This document shows positions 17,937 through 27,304 of a stretch of 64,000 bases of DNA, in pieces (within the stretch, counting starts at the first letter, position 1; each line of letters starts with the position of its first letter). Under the pieces are notes generated by a model, which was given only the letters and a program-made list of their open reading frames with translations, was not told the origin of the DNA and searched no databases. Location of the stretch: NCBI GenBank assembly GCA_964586255.1, contig CAZPGE010000002.1, positions 42,065 to 106,064 on the forward strand, read 5' to 3'. This stretch comes from an uncultured Candidatus Saccharibacteria bacterium. GTDB taxonomy: Bacteria; Patescibacteriota; Minisyncoccia; Phycocordibacterales; UBA2100. The position numbers and the translations under genes were made by a program.

Positions 17937-17984
17937 ACGCAGGTGCGTGGTCTTTCTATTTCGGCGTAAATACTGTACGTTCTT

Positions 17985-19436
17985 GTGATGCCAGGTAAAG
18001 AAACAGTTGTCCGCTTCGAAGATGTCACCTTCGAGCATGGGCCCAAGCGGCCCATTCTTGATGAAGTGAGTTTCGGTGTGAAAAAAGGCGCGAAGCTCAC
18101 GCTCATGGGACAAAACGGCGCGGGGAAGAGCACCATATTCGGTCTCATCACCAAACACCTGCATCCAGAGGAGGGCGTCATCCATGTCTCACATGGGCTC
18201 TCGATAGCCACGGCGCGGCAGGTTATCCCGCGCGCGGAGCTCGCGCTTACCGTGCGCGAATTCTTTGAGAAGATGTTTCCGAAGAAGATATACGACATCG
18301 ACCCGCGTATCGACAAGGTGCTCGAGGTGGTGCATCTCCATGCACCCAAAGAGCGCACGGTGGGCTCTTTTTCGGGCGGGCAGCAGGCAAGGCTCCTGCT
18401 TGCTTCGGCGCTCATCCAGGAGCCCGACCTCCTCCTCCTCGACGAGCCGACCAACAATCTCGACAAAGAGGGAATCGCGCACCTGACTGATTTCCTCGTG
18501 AAGTACGACAAGACCGTCATTGTGATTTCGCACGATGCCGACTTCCTCAACGCATTCACACACGGAGTCCTCTATCTCGATGTGTTTACGCGCAAGGTAG
18601 AGCAATACGTGGGCAACTACTTCGATGTGATGGACCAAATAGCCGACCGCATCGAAAAGGAAAACATGAAGAACGCGCAGTTGGCCAAGACAATTATCGA
18701 AAACAAGGAGAAAGCCAACTTTTTTGCACACAAAGGCGGGCAGATGCGCCTCGTGGCTAAGCGTATGCGCGCAAAGGCCGAGGAAGCGGAGGAAAATATG
18801 GTGGATGTGCGCAAAGAAGACAAGACCATCAAGGATTTCAAGATACCCGTGCAAGACGGTCTCTCGGGCGAGCTCATATCCATCACGTCATTCAAAGTGA
18901 TTCGCGACCACAAGCCGCACATTAAAAAGAAATCAGTCGCACTCCGAAAGAATCAGCACCTTCTGCTCTCCGGTCCCAACGGTATCGGCAAATCGACGCT
19001 GCTTGAATCTCTCGCGAGTGGTACCGCGGAAGGTGCAGTCATCGCGCCGGGCGTCAAAGTGGGCTACTACCGCCAAGATTTCTCAAATCTCGATTTCGAT
19101 GCGACGGTGCACGACATCCTCTGGCACACGATGCCAAAGGGATATGAGGAAGAGCTGCGCGCTACCGCCGCGAGCTTCTTGCTTACCGGTGATCTCGTCC
19201 ACACCAAAATTGGCCATCTCTCGGAGGGGCAGAAGGGGCTGGTCGCATTTGCGCGTCTCGTGCTTCTGAAGCCTGGCCTCCTCATCCTCGACGAGCCGAC
19301 CAACCATATCAACTTCCGCCATCTTCCTGTCATCGCCAAAGCACTCGATGCCTATGAGGGCGCCATGATACTGGTCTCGCACGTACCAGAATTCGTCTCT
19401 CAAATCCGTATCGACGAGAAGCTCGAGCTCGCTTAG
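17985..19436 (+). CDS. ABC-F family ATPase (two ABC domains, no TMD; EttA/Uup-like)
   Basis: Two Walker A motifs (GQNGAGKST, GPNGIGKST). Two signature/Walker B motifs (LSGGQQ...LLLLDEPTNNLD, LSEGQKG...LLILDEPTNHIN). Confidence 0.85.
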   Translation: MMPGKETVVRFEDVTFEHGPKRPILDEVSFGVKKGAKLTLMGQNGAGKSTIFGLITKHLHPEEGVIHVSHGLSIATARQVIPRAELALTVREFFEKMFPKKIYDIDPRIDKVLEVVHLHAPKERTVGSFSGGQQARLLLASALIQEPDLLLLDEPTNNLDKEGIAHLTDFLVKYDKTVIVISHDADFLNAFTHGVLYLDVFTRKVEQYVGNYFDVMDQIADRIEKENMKNAQLAKTIIENKEKANFFAHKGGQMRLVAKRMRAKAEEAEENMVDVRKEDKTIKDFKIPVQDGLSGELISITSFKVIRDHKPHIKKKSVALRKNQHLLLSGPNGIGKSTLLESLASGTAEGAVIAPGVKVGYYRQDFSNLDFDATVHDILWHTMPKGYEEELRATAASFLLTGDLVHTKIGHLSEGQKGLVAFARLVLLKPGLLILDEPTNHINFRHLPVIAKALDAYEGAMILVSHVPEFVSQIRIDEKLELA

Positions 19437-19494
19437 GCGAAAGGGGCGGGGATATTGCCTTTTTTGGGGCTTTAGTGCATACTCTGCGGGTTCT

Positions 19495-19857
19495 ATGACA
19501 GCGGAATCGACAGCGAAAAAGACTCGCTCTAAGGCGAAGAAGGCCGATGGAGCAAGTCGCCTGCGCATCAAAGTGCGTGCTTATGAGCACGGTGTCCTCG
19601 ATGGTGCGGTCAAGCAGATAATCGATGTCGCCGCTCGTCACAATGCCGAAGTTATCGGCCCTGTCCCGCTCCCCATCGACATCAAGAAATACACCGTCAA
19701 CCGCGCCTCTTTCATCGACAAGGATTCGCGCGAACAGTTTGAAATGCGCATCCACAAGCGCATGATTGATATCCTCAATCCTGCTGCGAAAGTGATCGAG
19801 GCTCTCACCAATATCGACCTGCCATCCGGCGTCTCGATAGACGTGAAGATGATGTAA
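19495..19857 (+). CDS. rpsJ: 30S ribosomal protein S10 with N-terminal Lys-rich extension
   Basis: ...RLRIKVRAYEH...KQIIDVAARHNAEVIGPVPLP...EMRIHKRMIDI... Confidence 0.93.
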   Translation: MTAESTAKKTRSKAKKADGASRLRIKVRAYEHGVLDGAVKQIIDVAARHNAEVIGPVPLPIDIKKYTVNRASFIDKDSREQFEMRIHKRMIDILNPAAKVIEALTNIDLPSGVSIDVKMM

Positions 19858-19866
19858 ATCCAAAAT

Positions 19867-19910
19867 CAAAAGGCCCGCGTCCGTCGACTGACGGAGCGGG
19901 CCTTTTGATT
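19867..19910. terminator. Bidirectional terminator hairpin between rpsJ (+) and the convergent methyltransferase (-)
   Basis: AAAAGGCCCGC...GCGGGCCTTTTGATTT. Confidence 0.6.
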
Positions 19911-19919
19911 TGCGTGGCC

Positions 19920-20600
19920 CTATCGTTGCTCGCGCTTGGTGCGACAGAGGATTGTCGTGAATCCGCATGATGTGTCGAGTATCTCAGGCTGGAAATCAAG
20001 TTTCTTGAGTGTCTCCGTATACCACTCGAGTGGTCGCGTGGTAAGGACGCCCACAAGTGCGGCTGCTTTTGCCGCGATTGCTTCTTCAGACAGGCCTTGT
20101 GCGCGTTTAAAATCGACATACTGCGCTTCGATATCCGGCGGGGAGGTCATTTTGTCGGTGAGGATGAATATGCCGCCAGGCTTGAGCGCGCTCCGGATGT
20201 CGCGCATATAGCTTTCGCGCTCCTCGACAAAATGCAGCGTCCAGTTAGCGAGCACGAGGTCAAAGGGTCCGAGGTGAGAAGGGAAGACGTCCGATTCAAT
20301 CAGATTCTCCTTCACACGCGAGTGCGCGAGCATGGCACGTGAGCTGTCCACACCCCACACATCGGTGAATCCTGCCATGCGGAGCTTCTCGAGTGTGTAG
20401 CCGGTGGCTGAGCCCACGTCGATAATGCGCGCATCTTTCGGCAGTGTACGCGCGACCTCTATACACTTCTCAATCACTTCCTCGTAGTGAGGAATATGTA
20501 TATGCGCCTCTTCGTCAAAGCGTGCCGCCACTTCCTCACCAAACTGCCACGTGCCTGCATTCATGGGTAGCATAGTGGCATACAGCAGACGCGTGTCCAT
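19920..20600 (-). CDS. Class I SAM-dependent methyltransferase
   Basis: Motif I IIDVGSATGY. Post-I ...VWGVDSS. Motif ...LKPGGIFILTD. Confidence 0.75.
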   Translation of the reverse strand: MDTRLLYATMLPMNAGTWQFGEEVAARFDEEAHIHIPHYEEVIEKCIEVARTLPKDARIIDVGSATGYTLEKLRMAGFTDVWGVDSSRAMLAHSRVKENLIESDVFPSHLGPFDLVLANWTLHFVEERESYMRDIRSALKPGGIFILTDKMTSPPDIEAQYVDFKRAQGLSEEAIAAKAAALVGVLTTRPLEWYTETLKKLDFQPEILDTSCGFTTILCRTKREQR

Positions 20601-20694
20601 GCACCGCTCTTGTCTTGCACAAGGGTACCGTACTCAAAAAATACACCCCGCCGATTTCTCGGCGGGGTTCTTTGTTGAGAGCGAGTTCGTCAGC

Positions 20695-22242
20695 TCACAC
20701 GACCATCGCGCTCTTCACGCGTTGCCGCGTAAGAGCAGTCGAGATCAGGACGATGACGCCGGAAGCAGCCATGGTCGTGACCGCTCCGACGATGGGCAAA
20801 TAGAGCGCCATCTGCCCGAGCGTTACCGCACCAAAGGACTGGCTGAGCGCCATCGTGATTGGCGCCATCCATTCCGTCGGATTGGCGAGGAAGTATCCGA
20901 CGACAGCCATCGGCCACCCCACAGTGAGGGAAATGACGATACCCCAGAACATTCCGCTTTCGCTAATCGTAGTTGTTCGACGTGCGAAAAGCGTGATGAC
21001 AGTCGGTAGGAACGTTGCCGCACCCAAAGAGCCGTAGATCAGAAAGAGGTGAATGATCTTCAGCCCAGGGATGACAGCGATGAGCACGCCGATGACGGGA
21101 ACCGCGAACATCGCGATACGTCCCGCACGAATCTGGTGCGCTTCGGAGTCGTGTGGTCGGAAGCGACGGAAGATGTCGCTTCCGAAGAGTGTTGCGACCG
21201 AGACGACGTGTGAATCAAGCGTCGAAATCAGTCCGAGCACCAAGCACATGGTGAACGCGACCGCCACAGGCCAGGGCAGAAGTTGCTGCACCAGCTCGAT
21301 GCCGACGTACTGCGGATTCGTAATCACGAACCCGCTTATCGTGTGGATTGCCCCAGCGGCGATGATGCCGAGGAGGGAGAGGGCCAGCACGACAACGGCG
21401 AAGATAGGTGCCGCGAGGAGAAACTGATTCCGCCTCGCTTTGCGCTCGCCCGCGTAGGCAAGCTGCCAGAAGCTCTGGTCTCGCCAGGGTCCCGCGAGCC
21501 AATTGAGCGACGCGGGAATGCCGAACGTGAGCATCAGGATATACGCTTTCTCGCCGACAAAGGGATTCACATAGTCCGCGTTCTTGCCGTAGAGACCTGC
21601 CGCGAGATTCTCCCAGCCACCCGCTTTCACGAATACCCACGGCAAGACGATTGCGAGCATCGTGATGAGCATCCAGCCCTTCGCGTTGTCGCTCAAGATG
21701 GAGGCCCGCATTCCGCCGAAGGCTGTGTAGATCATCGGTGCGAATGCGATTCCGATAGCTGCGTAGAGTTTTGGTATCGGGGTCAGATACGCAACCACCT
21801 CGGCGCCGGCAAGTACCTGCACCGCGAACGCCGACACCCCGAGAGCGCCGAGAGCGAGAAGGTAGAGACTCTCTACGCGCTTTGAATAGCGTCGCCCCAT
21901 GTATTCAGGGAGCGTGATTCCGAGCGGATAGAGTGAGGTGATGCGGTACGCTGCAAACGCGAAGAGCGCGAGACACAGCGCATTGATTGGCGTGTACCAA
22001 AACGGGCCAATCCAACCGTATTGGTACCCGAACATCGAAGAGATGAAGTAGGCCGGAGCCCAGGTCCACGCCGCGAAGCTGGCGACAGCTCCCATCAATG
22101 TCGAGGTTGCGCGATTGTTGAGGTAGTAGCTCGCCTTGGTCGTTTGCACGGCCGCAGAGCCGTACATGCTGATCCCGGTAATCATAGCGAGAAAAAGCAC
22201 CGCAAGACCAATGAATTGCGGTCCGGTCAGAAGATGTTCCAT
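20695..22242 (-). CDS. Sodium:solute symporter family-like transporter (about 13 TM)
   Basis: Polytopic membrane protein with SSS-like topology. Family assignment from general sequence resemblance only. Confidence 0.55.
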   Translation of the reverse strand: MEHLLTGPQFIGLAVLFLAMITGISMYGSAAVQTTKASYYLNNRATSTLMGAVASFAAWTWAPAYFISSMFGYQYGWIGPFWYTPINALCLALFAFAAYRITSLYPLGITLPEYMGRRYSKRVESLYLLALGALGVSAFAVQVLAGAEVVAYLTPIPKLYAAIGIAFAPMIYTAFGGMRASILSDNAKGWMLITMLAIVLPWVFVKAGGWENLAAGLYGKNADYVNPFVGEKAYILMLTFGIPASLNWLAGPWRDQSFWQLAYAGERKARRNQFLLAAPIFAVVVLALSLLGIIAAGAIHTISGFVITNPQYVGIELVQQLLPWPVAVAFTMCLVLGLISTLDSHVVSVATLFGSDIFRRFRPHDSEAHQIRAGRIAMFAVPVIGVLIAVIPGLKIIHLFLIYGSLGAATFLPTVITLFARRTTTISESGMFWGIVISLTVGWPMAVVGYFLANPTEWMAPITMALSQSFGAVTLGQMALYLPIVGAVTTMAASGVIVLISTALTRQRVKSAMVV

Positions 22243-22387
22243 CGTCTGAGTCCTTTGTGTTAGTCAGAGAACAGGTGTACAGATGCGACCGAGCGTCGCA
22301 TTCGCGCTCATCTTACATCACCAGTCTTTTCCCGCGTATTGACAGTGCGCCCCCCTCAGGGTTTGCGTACGTGGGGGGAGACGGGGT

Positions 22388-23494
22388 CTAAGAGAGTCCG
22401 ATGAAGTCGTTCTGCGGGTCGTAACAGACGCTCGGGTCGAGGTCCTTGTAGTAGTGGAAGTCCTCATCAATAAAATCGTACGATGCCTGCTGCATGATGA
22501 CATTGTGCAGAGAGCCGCGCTTCATCTTGTTGTCGCGATAATCCGCATCTTTCGTGAAATTGTATATTGCCTCCTTGCACACCCACTTGTACGTGCGCCA
22601 CTCATCTTTGATTCTTTTGTCCATATTATTCAGACTCCAGAGTTGGAATTCTTCCGTCCCGTAAAAAGATGCGTTGCGCGTGCGCACGTACTCAGGAGTT
22701 ATTTTATCGACATTGCGTGCTGCCACGGTCGTGAGCGTACGTAGGTAGGTGTTCTGCCATTTTTGCGAGAAGTTAATCCACCAGAGGTAATCGAAGTGCG
22801 TCTCGATGGGGACGGGCGCTTTTTCTATAGTGCGCTCGAAGAGGTCGAGAAAGAGATTGGTCGCTGCATCGTTCTGGATTGTCTCGTTCCAGAAGGTAAA
22901 GAAAGTCTCGCGCTTGCGCGGCGTATGAATGATTGCGGGCCCAAAGCGAGACATGAGTCTTCCGACTGAATCGAAGCCAAACAGCTGGTCGTTCTGCTCT
23001 CCGTTGGTCACGATGGAGTTACCGCCGAGAAGATAGGGATACATCATCGACGACCCCGCGCGAAGTTTTCCGCGCACGTATGTCTCGTAGAACAGCGGGT
23101 ATTCTGCGATAGATTCTTCTGTCATAAGTACGACGATGCGCTTCCTCTGCTCCGCAGTCGCGTTTTTTAGAAGTGAGGTGAGCACGAGTGTGGAATCGAT
23201 ACCGCCGGACCACAAGGTGTGGATGTCAGCGTCAAAAGAATCCGCGCGCGCGAGAAGCTCCAGCGCTCTCTCGTCGCACAGCTGTTCAAACGTCTTCTTC
23301 ATCGGTCGCATGGCGGGGATAGGGGTGATGAGCCTGGTCTTAATCGGCCAGCGAATGGAGCCGGTACGGTCAGTGGGAGCGAGTCCGACGGAAAACATCT
23401 TTCCTAGCAAGCGAAACGAGTTCACGCCGGGCAGTTCTGCATAGGGTGAGCGCGCGAGTACCAACGTGTTGTATTGGATGATTTCTTTTGCCAT
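22388..23494 (-). CDS. PP-loop ATP pyrophosphatase superfamily protein (AsnB C-terminal/QueC/TilS-like)
   Basis: SGGIDST PP-loop motif (..IHTLWSGGIDSTLVLTS..). Confidence 0.6.
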   Translation of the reverse strand: MAKEIIQYNTLVLARSPYAELPGVNSFRLLGKMFSVGLAPTDRTGSIRWPIKTRLITPIPAMRPMKKTFEQLCDERALELLARADSFDADIHTLWSGGIDSTLVLTSLLKNATAEQRKRIVVLMTEESIAEYPLFYETYVRGKLRAGSSMMYPYLLGGNSIVTNGEQNDQLFGFDSVGRLMSRFGPAIIHTPRKRETFFTFWNETIQNDAATNLFLDLFERTIEKAPVPIETHFDYLWWINFSQKWQNTYLRTLTTVAARNVDKITPEYVRTRNASFYGTEEFQLWSLNNMDKRIKDEWRTYKWVCKEAIYNFTKDADYRDNKMKRGSLHNVIMQQASYDFIDEDFHYYKDLDPSVCYDPQNDFIGLS

Positions 23495-23499
23495 AGAGA

Positions 23500-24204
23500 C
23501 TAGACGAGTTGTTTCGAATGACAGTCCAACATGAATTGTCGGACTATCTCAGGTATCTTATCGGATTCCGTTTCTCGTTTGATACGGTCAAAGTACCTAA
23601 GCCTCAGCGTCTCTGTCTTGGAGAGAAATGCATCATCCAACTCCGCATTAAAAAGAATACTGTCAGCTGCTTCGCGCAGCGAGACATTCGTGAGGTCTGC
23701 GTACTGCACCACGTAGGGGATGCTCATGAGCATGGACTCATCGTACCCGGACAGTTTGAATTTCTCGGCCTGCATCTTTTTCGTGAGGTAAATCGTCTCT
23801 TGAAAGGCCAGCCCTGTCCCTATCTTCGTGCGCAACCAATTGATTTCTGCGATAACTTGGGTCACGGCTTCGATGCGAGCTACAGCGAGCTTGGCCCGAG
23901 CGGGCAGACTTGGATCGACATCGTGTGGTTGTAGTCTCACGAACGCATGAAACTTTTGCTTGTACCCCCACTCGGGAAGTCGCACCGGATCCATAGAAGC
24001 AAGCGAAAGGCCTGTGTTATCGATAGCTGAGGTGCGAGGGGTAAATTGTGCGTCGGGTATGGAATCCGCGACAACCGCTACGGCTGCGACGTGGGGATGC
24101 AGCGCGAGAAGCGCAAATGTAGGTGGACCGACGAACAGTGCCCCGTAATTCACCGCCGCGCCCCTTGATTCTGTGCCACCGAACACCTTCTTTATGAGAG
24201 ACAT
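23500..24204 (-). CDS. Hypothetical protein (start trimmed to Met133 of the long ORF to remove the 330-bp overlap with the upstream gene)
   Basis: ORF in operon context. No motif recognised. Confidence 0.35.
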   Translation of the reverse strand: MSLIKKVFGGTESRGAAVNYGALFVGPPTFALLALHPHVAAVAVVADSIPDAQFTPRTSAIDNTGLSLASMDPVRLPEWGYKQKFHAFVRLQPHDVDPSLPARAKLAVARIEAVTQVIAEINWLRTKIGTGLAFQETIYLTKKMQAEKFKLSGYDESMLMSIPYVVQYADLTNVSLREAADSILFNAELDDAFLSKTETLRLRYFDRIKRETESDKIPEIVRQFMLDCHSKQLV

Positions 24205-24266
24205 CGAATCGATTATATCGGATGCGCCATCGATTGCGAACGGATGGGCATTTTCTGACGTATCGC

Positions 24267-25148
24267 TTACACGCGTGGAGTGAGTTGAGCTGTAAATTCT
24301 GGAATCGAAAGTGTATACCTCAGCACATGCTCGTCGGCTCTTTTTTTCAGCGCGTCTTTCAGCGCAGTCAAATCTGGAGAGATATTTTTCAAGCCGCGTG
24401 ATTTCGGACGATGCGCAAGGGTAGGCCAATATTGCTGAGACACGAGTCGTCTGAGCAGGGAAGCGTTTGCCGGATGATTGAATACATCCGGATGGTCGAG
24501 CGCGAAATCTATAAGCGGTATGCGTAGGTACGATAGACAAAGCTCGGGGGTGCTGTACAGAAAGTACGGTTCGTGTGAGGTGTTGTTTCTCTGGAGCCAT
24601 TCGAGTGGGACACCAAGTCCCGAGTTACATTCGAGGAATACGTCACTCCGAGACGGGTGCGCGCGCCCTGAATCAATTTTGTAGAGCTGTTTTCCCGCCG
24701 CTATGACTGCGTAGCCCTCCATCGCATCGACGGTCTCCATAAGTGCAATCTGCATATATCGTAGAAGATCAGAAGAGATGTAGTCTTGTTCCGTGTAGAG
24801 CAGCACCTGTTTTTCCAAGAAGCCACGCATGTCTAGGCGGACGATTTTTTGGTGCACTCCGTGTTTTTGACACCAGGTGCGGGCATGCTCGACCTCGTGC
24901 TCATTTGTTCCGTCGCCATACGCAATCGTCAGGACAGAGAAATTAATGCCCTGGTCAAAAAAAGAGTGGCACATTATCTCACTGTCGAGACCTCCGGAGG
25001 AGCAGAGCCAGAGGGGCTTCTGAGCTTTTGAAGCGATAGAGCGTGCCGCAGCGTAGAGTTCTTCTTTCCAGGTCAGTGGCTCTCGTGTACATGCGTGGAA
25101 CGTCACGGAGAATTTTCCAGCTTTGGTCTCACAGTGCATCGCGCTCAT
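24267..25148 (-). CDS. Second PP-loop ATP pyrophosphatase superfamily protein (start trimmed; the Arg-rich N-terminal extension of the ORF is probably not translated)
   Basis: CSSGGLDSEIMC PP-loop motif. Confidence 0.55.
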   Translation of the reverse strand: MSAMHCETKAGKFSVTFHACTREPLTWKEELYAAARSIASKAQKPLWLCSSGGLDSEIMCHSFFDQGINFSVLTIAYGDGTNEHEVEHARTWCQKHGVHQKIVRLDMRGFLEKQVLLYTEQDYISSDLLRYMQIALMETVDAMEGYAVIAAGKQLYKIDSGRAHPSRSDVFLECNSGLGVPLEWLQRNNTSHEPYFLYSTPELCLSYLRIPLIDFALDHPDVFNHPANASLLRRLVSQQYWPTLAHRPKSRGLKNISPDLTALKDALKKRADEHVLRYTLSIPEFTAQLTPRV

Positions 25149-25314
25149 GGAGGTACTATACGACAGAATCATCGGCCTACATGCGGTGACTTTATGCCAG
25201 GCAGGCAACCCGCGACGCTTGACAAGGTGCATGGAGCGATGGATAGTAGAGGTCGGAAGGAGCCGCGCATGCGCTTGGCATGTGTTCGGTGCGCCTGTCC
25301 CCATGGAGATAGCT

Positions 25315-25593
25315 ATGAGAAAGACTTTCTGGGGTCTTACTGGCCTCGCTCTTGCATTCGTCGTGGCACCGTCGCTGGTGCCGCTGCCGACAATGACCGC
25401 GGCCGGCCTCGAAATGAGGATCGACACGGCCGAAGCTCGTTGCGGCGACGAATGCCAGCGGCGTTGCCGCGTCTCGATTGCACAGGGCGAGTACAAGAAC
25501 ATGCGCGCCTGCATCGCGGTCTGGGGACCGCGCAATGATGAGCGGCATCGGCAGATCCGCGCCAACAGGCGCGCGTTCGGTCAGGCTCGCTGA
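25315..25593 (+). CDS. Small secreted Cys-containing protein (92 aa)
   Basis: GGAG RBS. Signal peptide MRKTFWGLTGLALAFVVAPSLVPL... Four Cys in the mature part. Followed by a hairpin. Confidence 0.4.
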   Translation: MRKTFWGLTGLALAFVVAPSLVPLPTMTAAGLEMRIDTAEARCGDECQRRCRVSIAQGEYKNMRACIAVWGPRNDERHRQIRANRRAFGQAR

Positions 25594-25617
25594 TTCGCCA
25601 GCCGCGCAGATATACAA

Positions 25618-25640
25618 CCCCTCGGTTCTCGGACCGAGGG
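25618..25640. terminator. CCCCTCGGT-tctcgg-ACCGAGGGG hairpin between convergent genes
   Basis: Direct inspection. Confidence 0.5.
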
Positions 25641-25648
25641 GTGCAATT

Positions 25649-27295
25649 TTATGATTTCCGTTTTAGACAGTACATCTCATTAGCAACGGTTCGGGCGAAA
25701 AGATGTTTCGTAGTCTCATTGCACGCAATTTTACTCATCATACGCTCGCTTGCCTGGAAATGGCCGCGATGTGTTCCTCGTTCTCTATCCAATTCGTACA
25801 AGCGTCCGTCGTTGGATCCAATAAAAAGTGAGTCGCCAATTGCGATAGGGGAGCCAAACACGCGGCCGTTGGTCTCAAACGCCCAGCGACGTTTCTTGGT
25901 GTCGATGTCTATCGCATAGACGGATTTGTCGAGCGACGCGACATATACCGTATCCCCCTGGACAAGAGGAATCGAATAGATGGCGCCGCCGGTTTCGTAT
26001 GCAAATACGGGTTCGCCAGTATCAGCGGCGAGAGCGTACAACTTTCCGTCCATCGAAGCAACAAACACGAGTCTTCTCTTTGCATCATACGCGGGTGCGG
26101 TCTTTATATCTCCGTCAGTCTTGTATCGCCACATGAGCGCGCCCGTATTTGCTTCGTAGGCGTAGCAGATGCCATCGTTGCTCCCAATCACCACCATCCC
26201 TTCTTCTTTTATATAGAGAGGAGTCCCGTGTGTGAGTGAGGAGGTGATGTCTTGCCAGCGTTTTTCGCCTGTATGCATATCGAGCGCGACAATACCGCCG
26301 CGCTTACCGAATAGCCCAAACTCAAGTCCGATGTAGAGAAGCCCAAGATCCGGCGCAATAGAAGGAGACGAGCCAACCCAATCAGCATCGTCGTATCCCC
26401 ATTTCTTCACCCCCGTCTTTGTATCAAGTGCGTACACGACTCCATCGTACGCACCAAAATAGAGCACTCCCTTGTGGAGTGCAGGTGTAGAGAGAATCCC
26501 CTTACCTTCAGGGTGCTTGCCGACCGTGAATTCCCAGATGATTGCACCAGTCCTCTGGTCGAGCGCCCGCATAGTGCCATCGTCGCATCCGAGAAAGACG
26601 AGCGTATCATCGAGCACCGGCGCAGATTTCTGTACGACAAGGTGGAGGCTGGGGTGCGGCCCCGTATAGCGCCACACAGTCTCAAACTCAGAGTTCTTAT
26701 TCGGCTGCACTTTCTTCAGAAGAGGTATCCCAAAATCTTCGAGGGTAAAAAGATGATTCACCGCGATGCTTCTGTCCTCGAGTGATTTGTATGCATCGCG
26801 CGCCCTGAAGGCGAGCATGGCAAATACATCCGTGACTTTTCTCCCCGTGTCGGCGAGTACTGCGAGCTGTTTCTCAAATGTCGAACCGGTGTTGATAAGA
26901 TCGTCGACGAGAATGACGGGGTGCTCGTCGAGCGTGCCCTCAATCTGGCGCATGAGCCCCTGACGTTTGCGTGACTTTCTTATATAGAAACCATTCACCG
27001 GTGTGCCACGCTCTATGCCCTTCATCACGATGGCGGCTACTAATGCTATGGCGGCCGTTTCCATCGCACCGACCTGGAAAGGGTATTTCGGTGCGTATCG
27101 TTCCCAAAATATCTCGGCGTAGCGATTGAGCCAGTATGGCTGGAGCATGAGAGCGCGAAAATCAAAGAGCCACGACTCGCGCCTCCCCGTACTTTCCGAC
27201 GCGACGATGACCGCACCCGATGATCGTCGCGCAAGGGCGACAGACTCTATTGTTCGGTGTAGGTCGCTATATTTATTGTCCATGCGAATCGTCAT
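25649..27295 (-). CDS. Fusion protein: type I phosphoribosyltransferase domain + PQQ-like beta-propeller repeats
   Basis: PRPP-binding motif VILVDDLINTGSTF. At least six repeats of xDGxxYAxDxxTGxxxW type in the C-terminal 350 aa. Confidence 0.7.
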   Translation of the reverse strand: MTIRMDNKYSDLHRTIESVALARRSSGAVIVASESTGRRESWLFDFRALMLQPYWLNRYAEIFWERYAPKYPFQVGAMETAAIALVAAIVMKGIERGTPVNGFYIRKSRKRQGLMRQIEGTLDEHPVILVDDLINTGSTFEKQLAVLADTGRKVTDVFAMLAFRARDAYKSLEDRSIAVNHLFTLEDFGIPLLKKVQPNKNSEFETVWRYTGPHPSLHLVVQKSAPVLDDTLVFLGCDDGTMRALDQRTGAIIWEFTVGKHPEGKGILSTPALHKGVLYFGAYDGVVYALDTKTGVKKWGYDDADWVGSSPSIAPDLGLLYIGLEFGLFGKRGGIVALDMHTGEKRWQDITSSLTHGTPLYIKEEGMVVIGSNDGICYAYEANTGALMWRYKTDGDIKTAPAYDAKRRLVFVASMDGKLYALAADTGEPVFAYETGGAIYSIPLVQGDTVYVASLDKSVYAIDIDTKKRRWAFETNGRVFGSPIAIGDSLFIGSNDGRLYELDRERGTHRGHFQASERMMSKIACNETTKHLFARTVANEMYCLKRKS

Positions 27296-27304
27296 TCGAC
27301 TGAC

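Noticed and set aside
24267-25565. 432-aa version of the second PP-loop protein and 366-aa version of 23500..24600
   Set aside because: N-terminal parts are Arg-rich and low complexity. They overlap neighbouring genes by hundreds of bp. Internal Met starts remove the overlaps.
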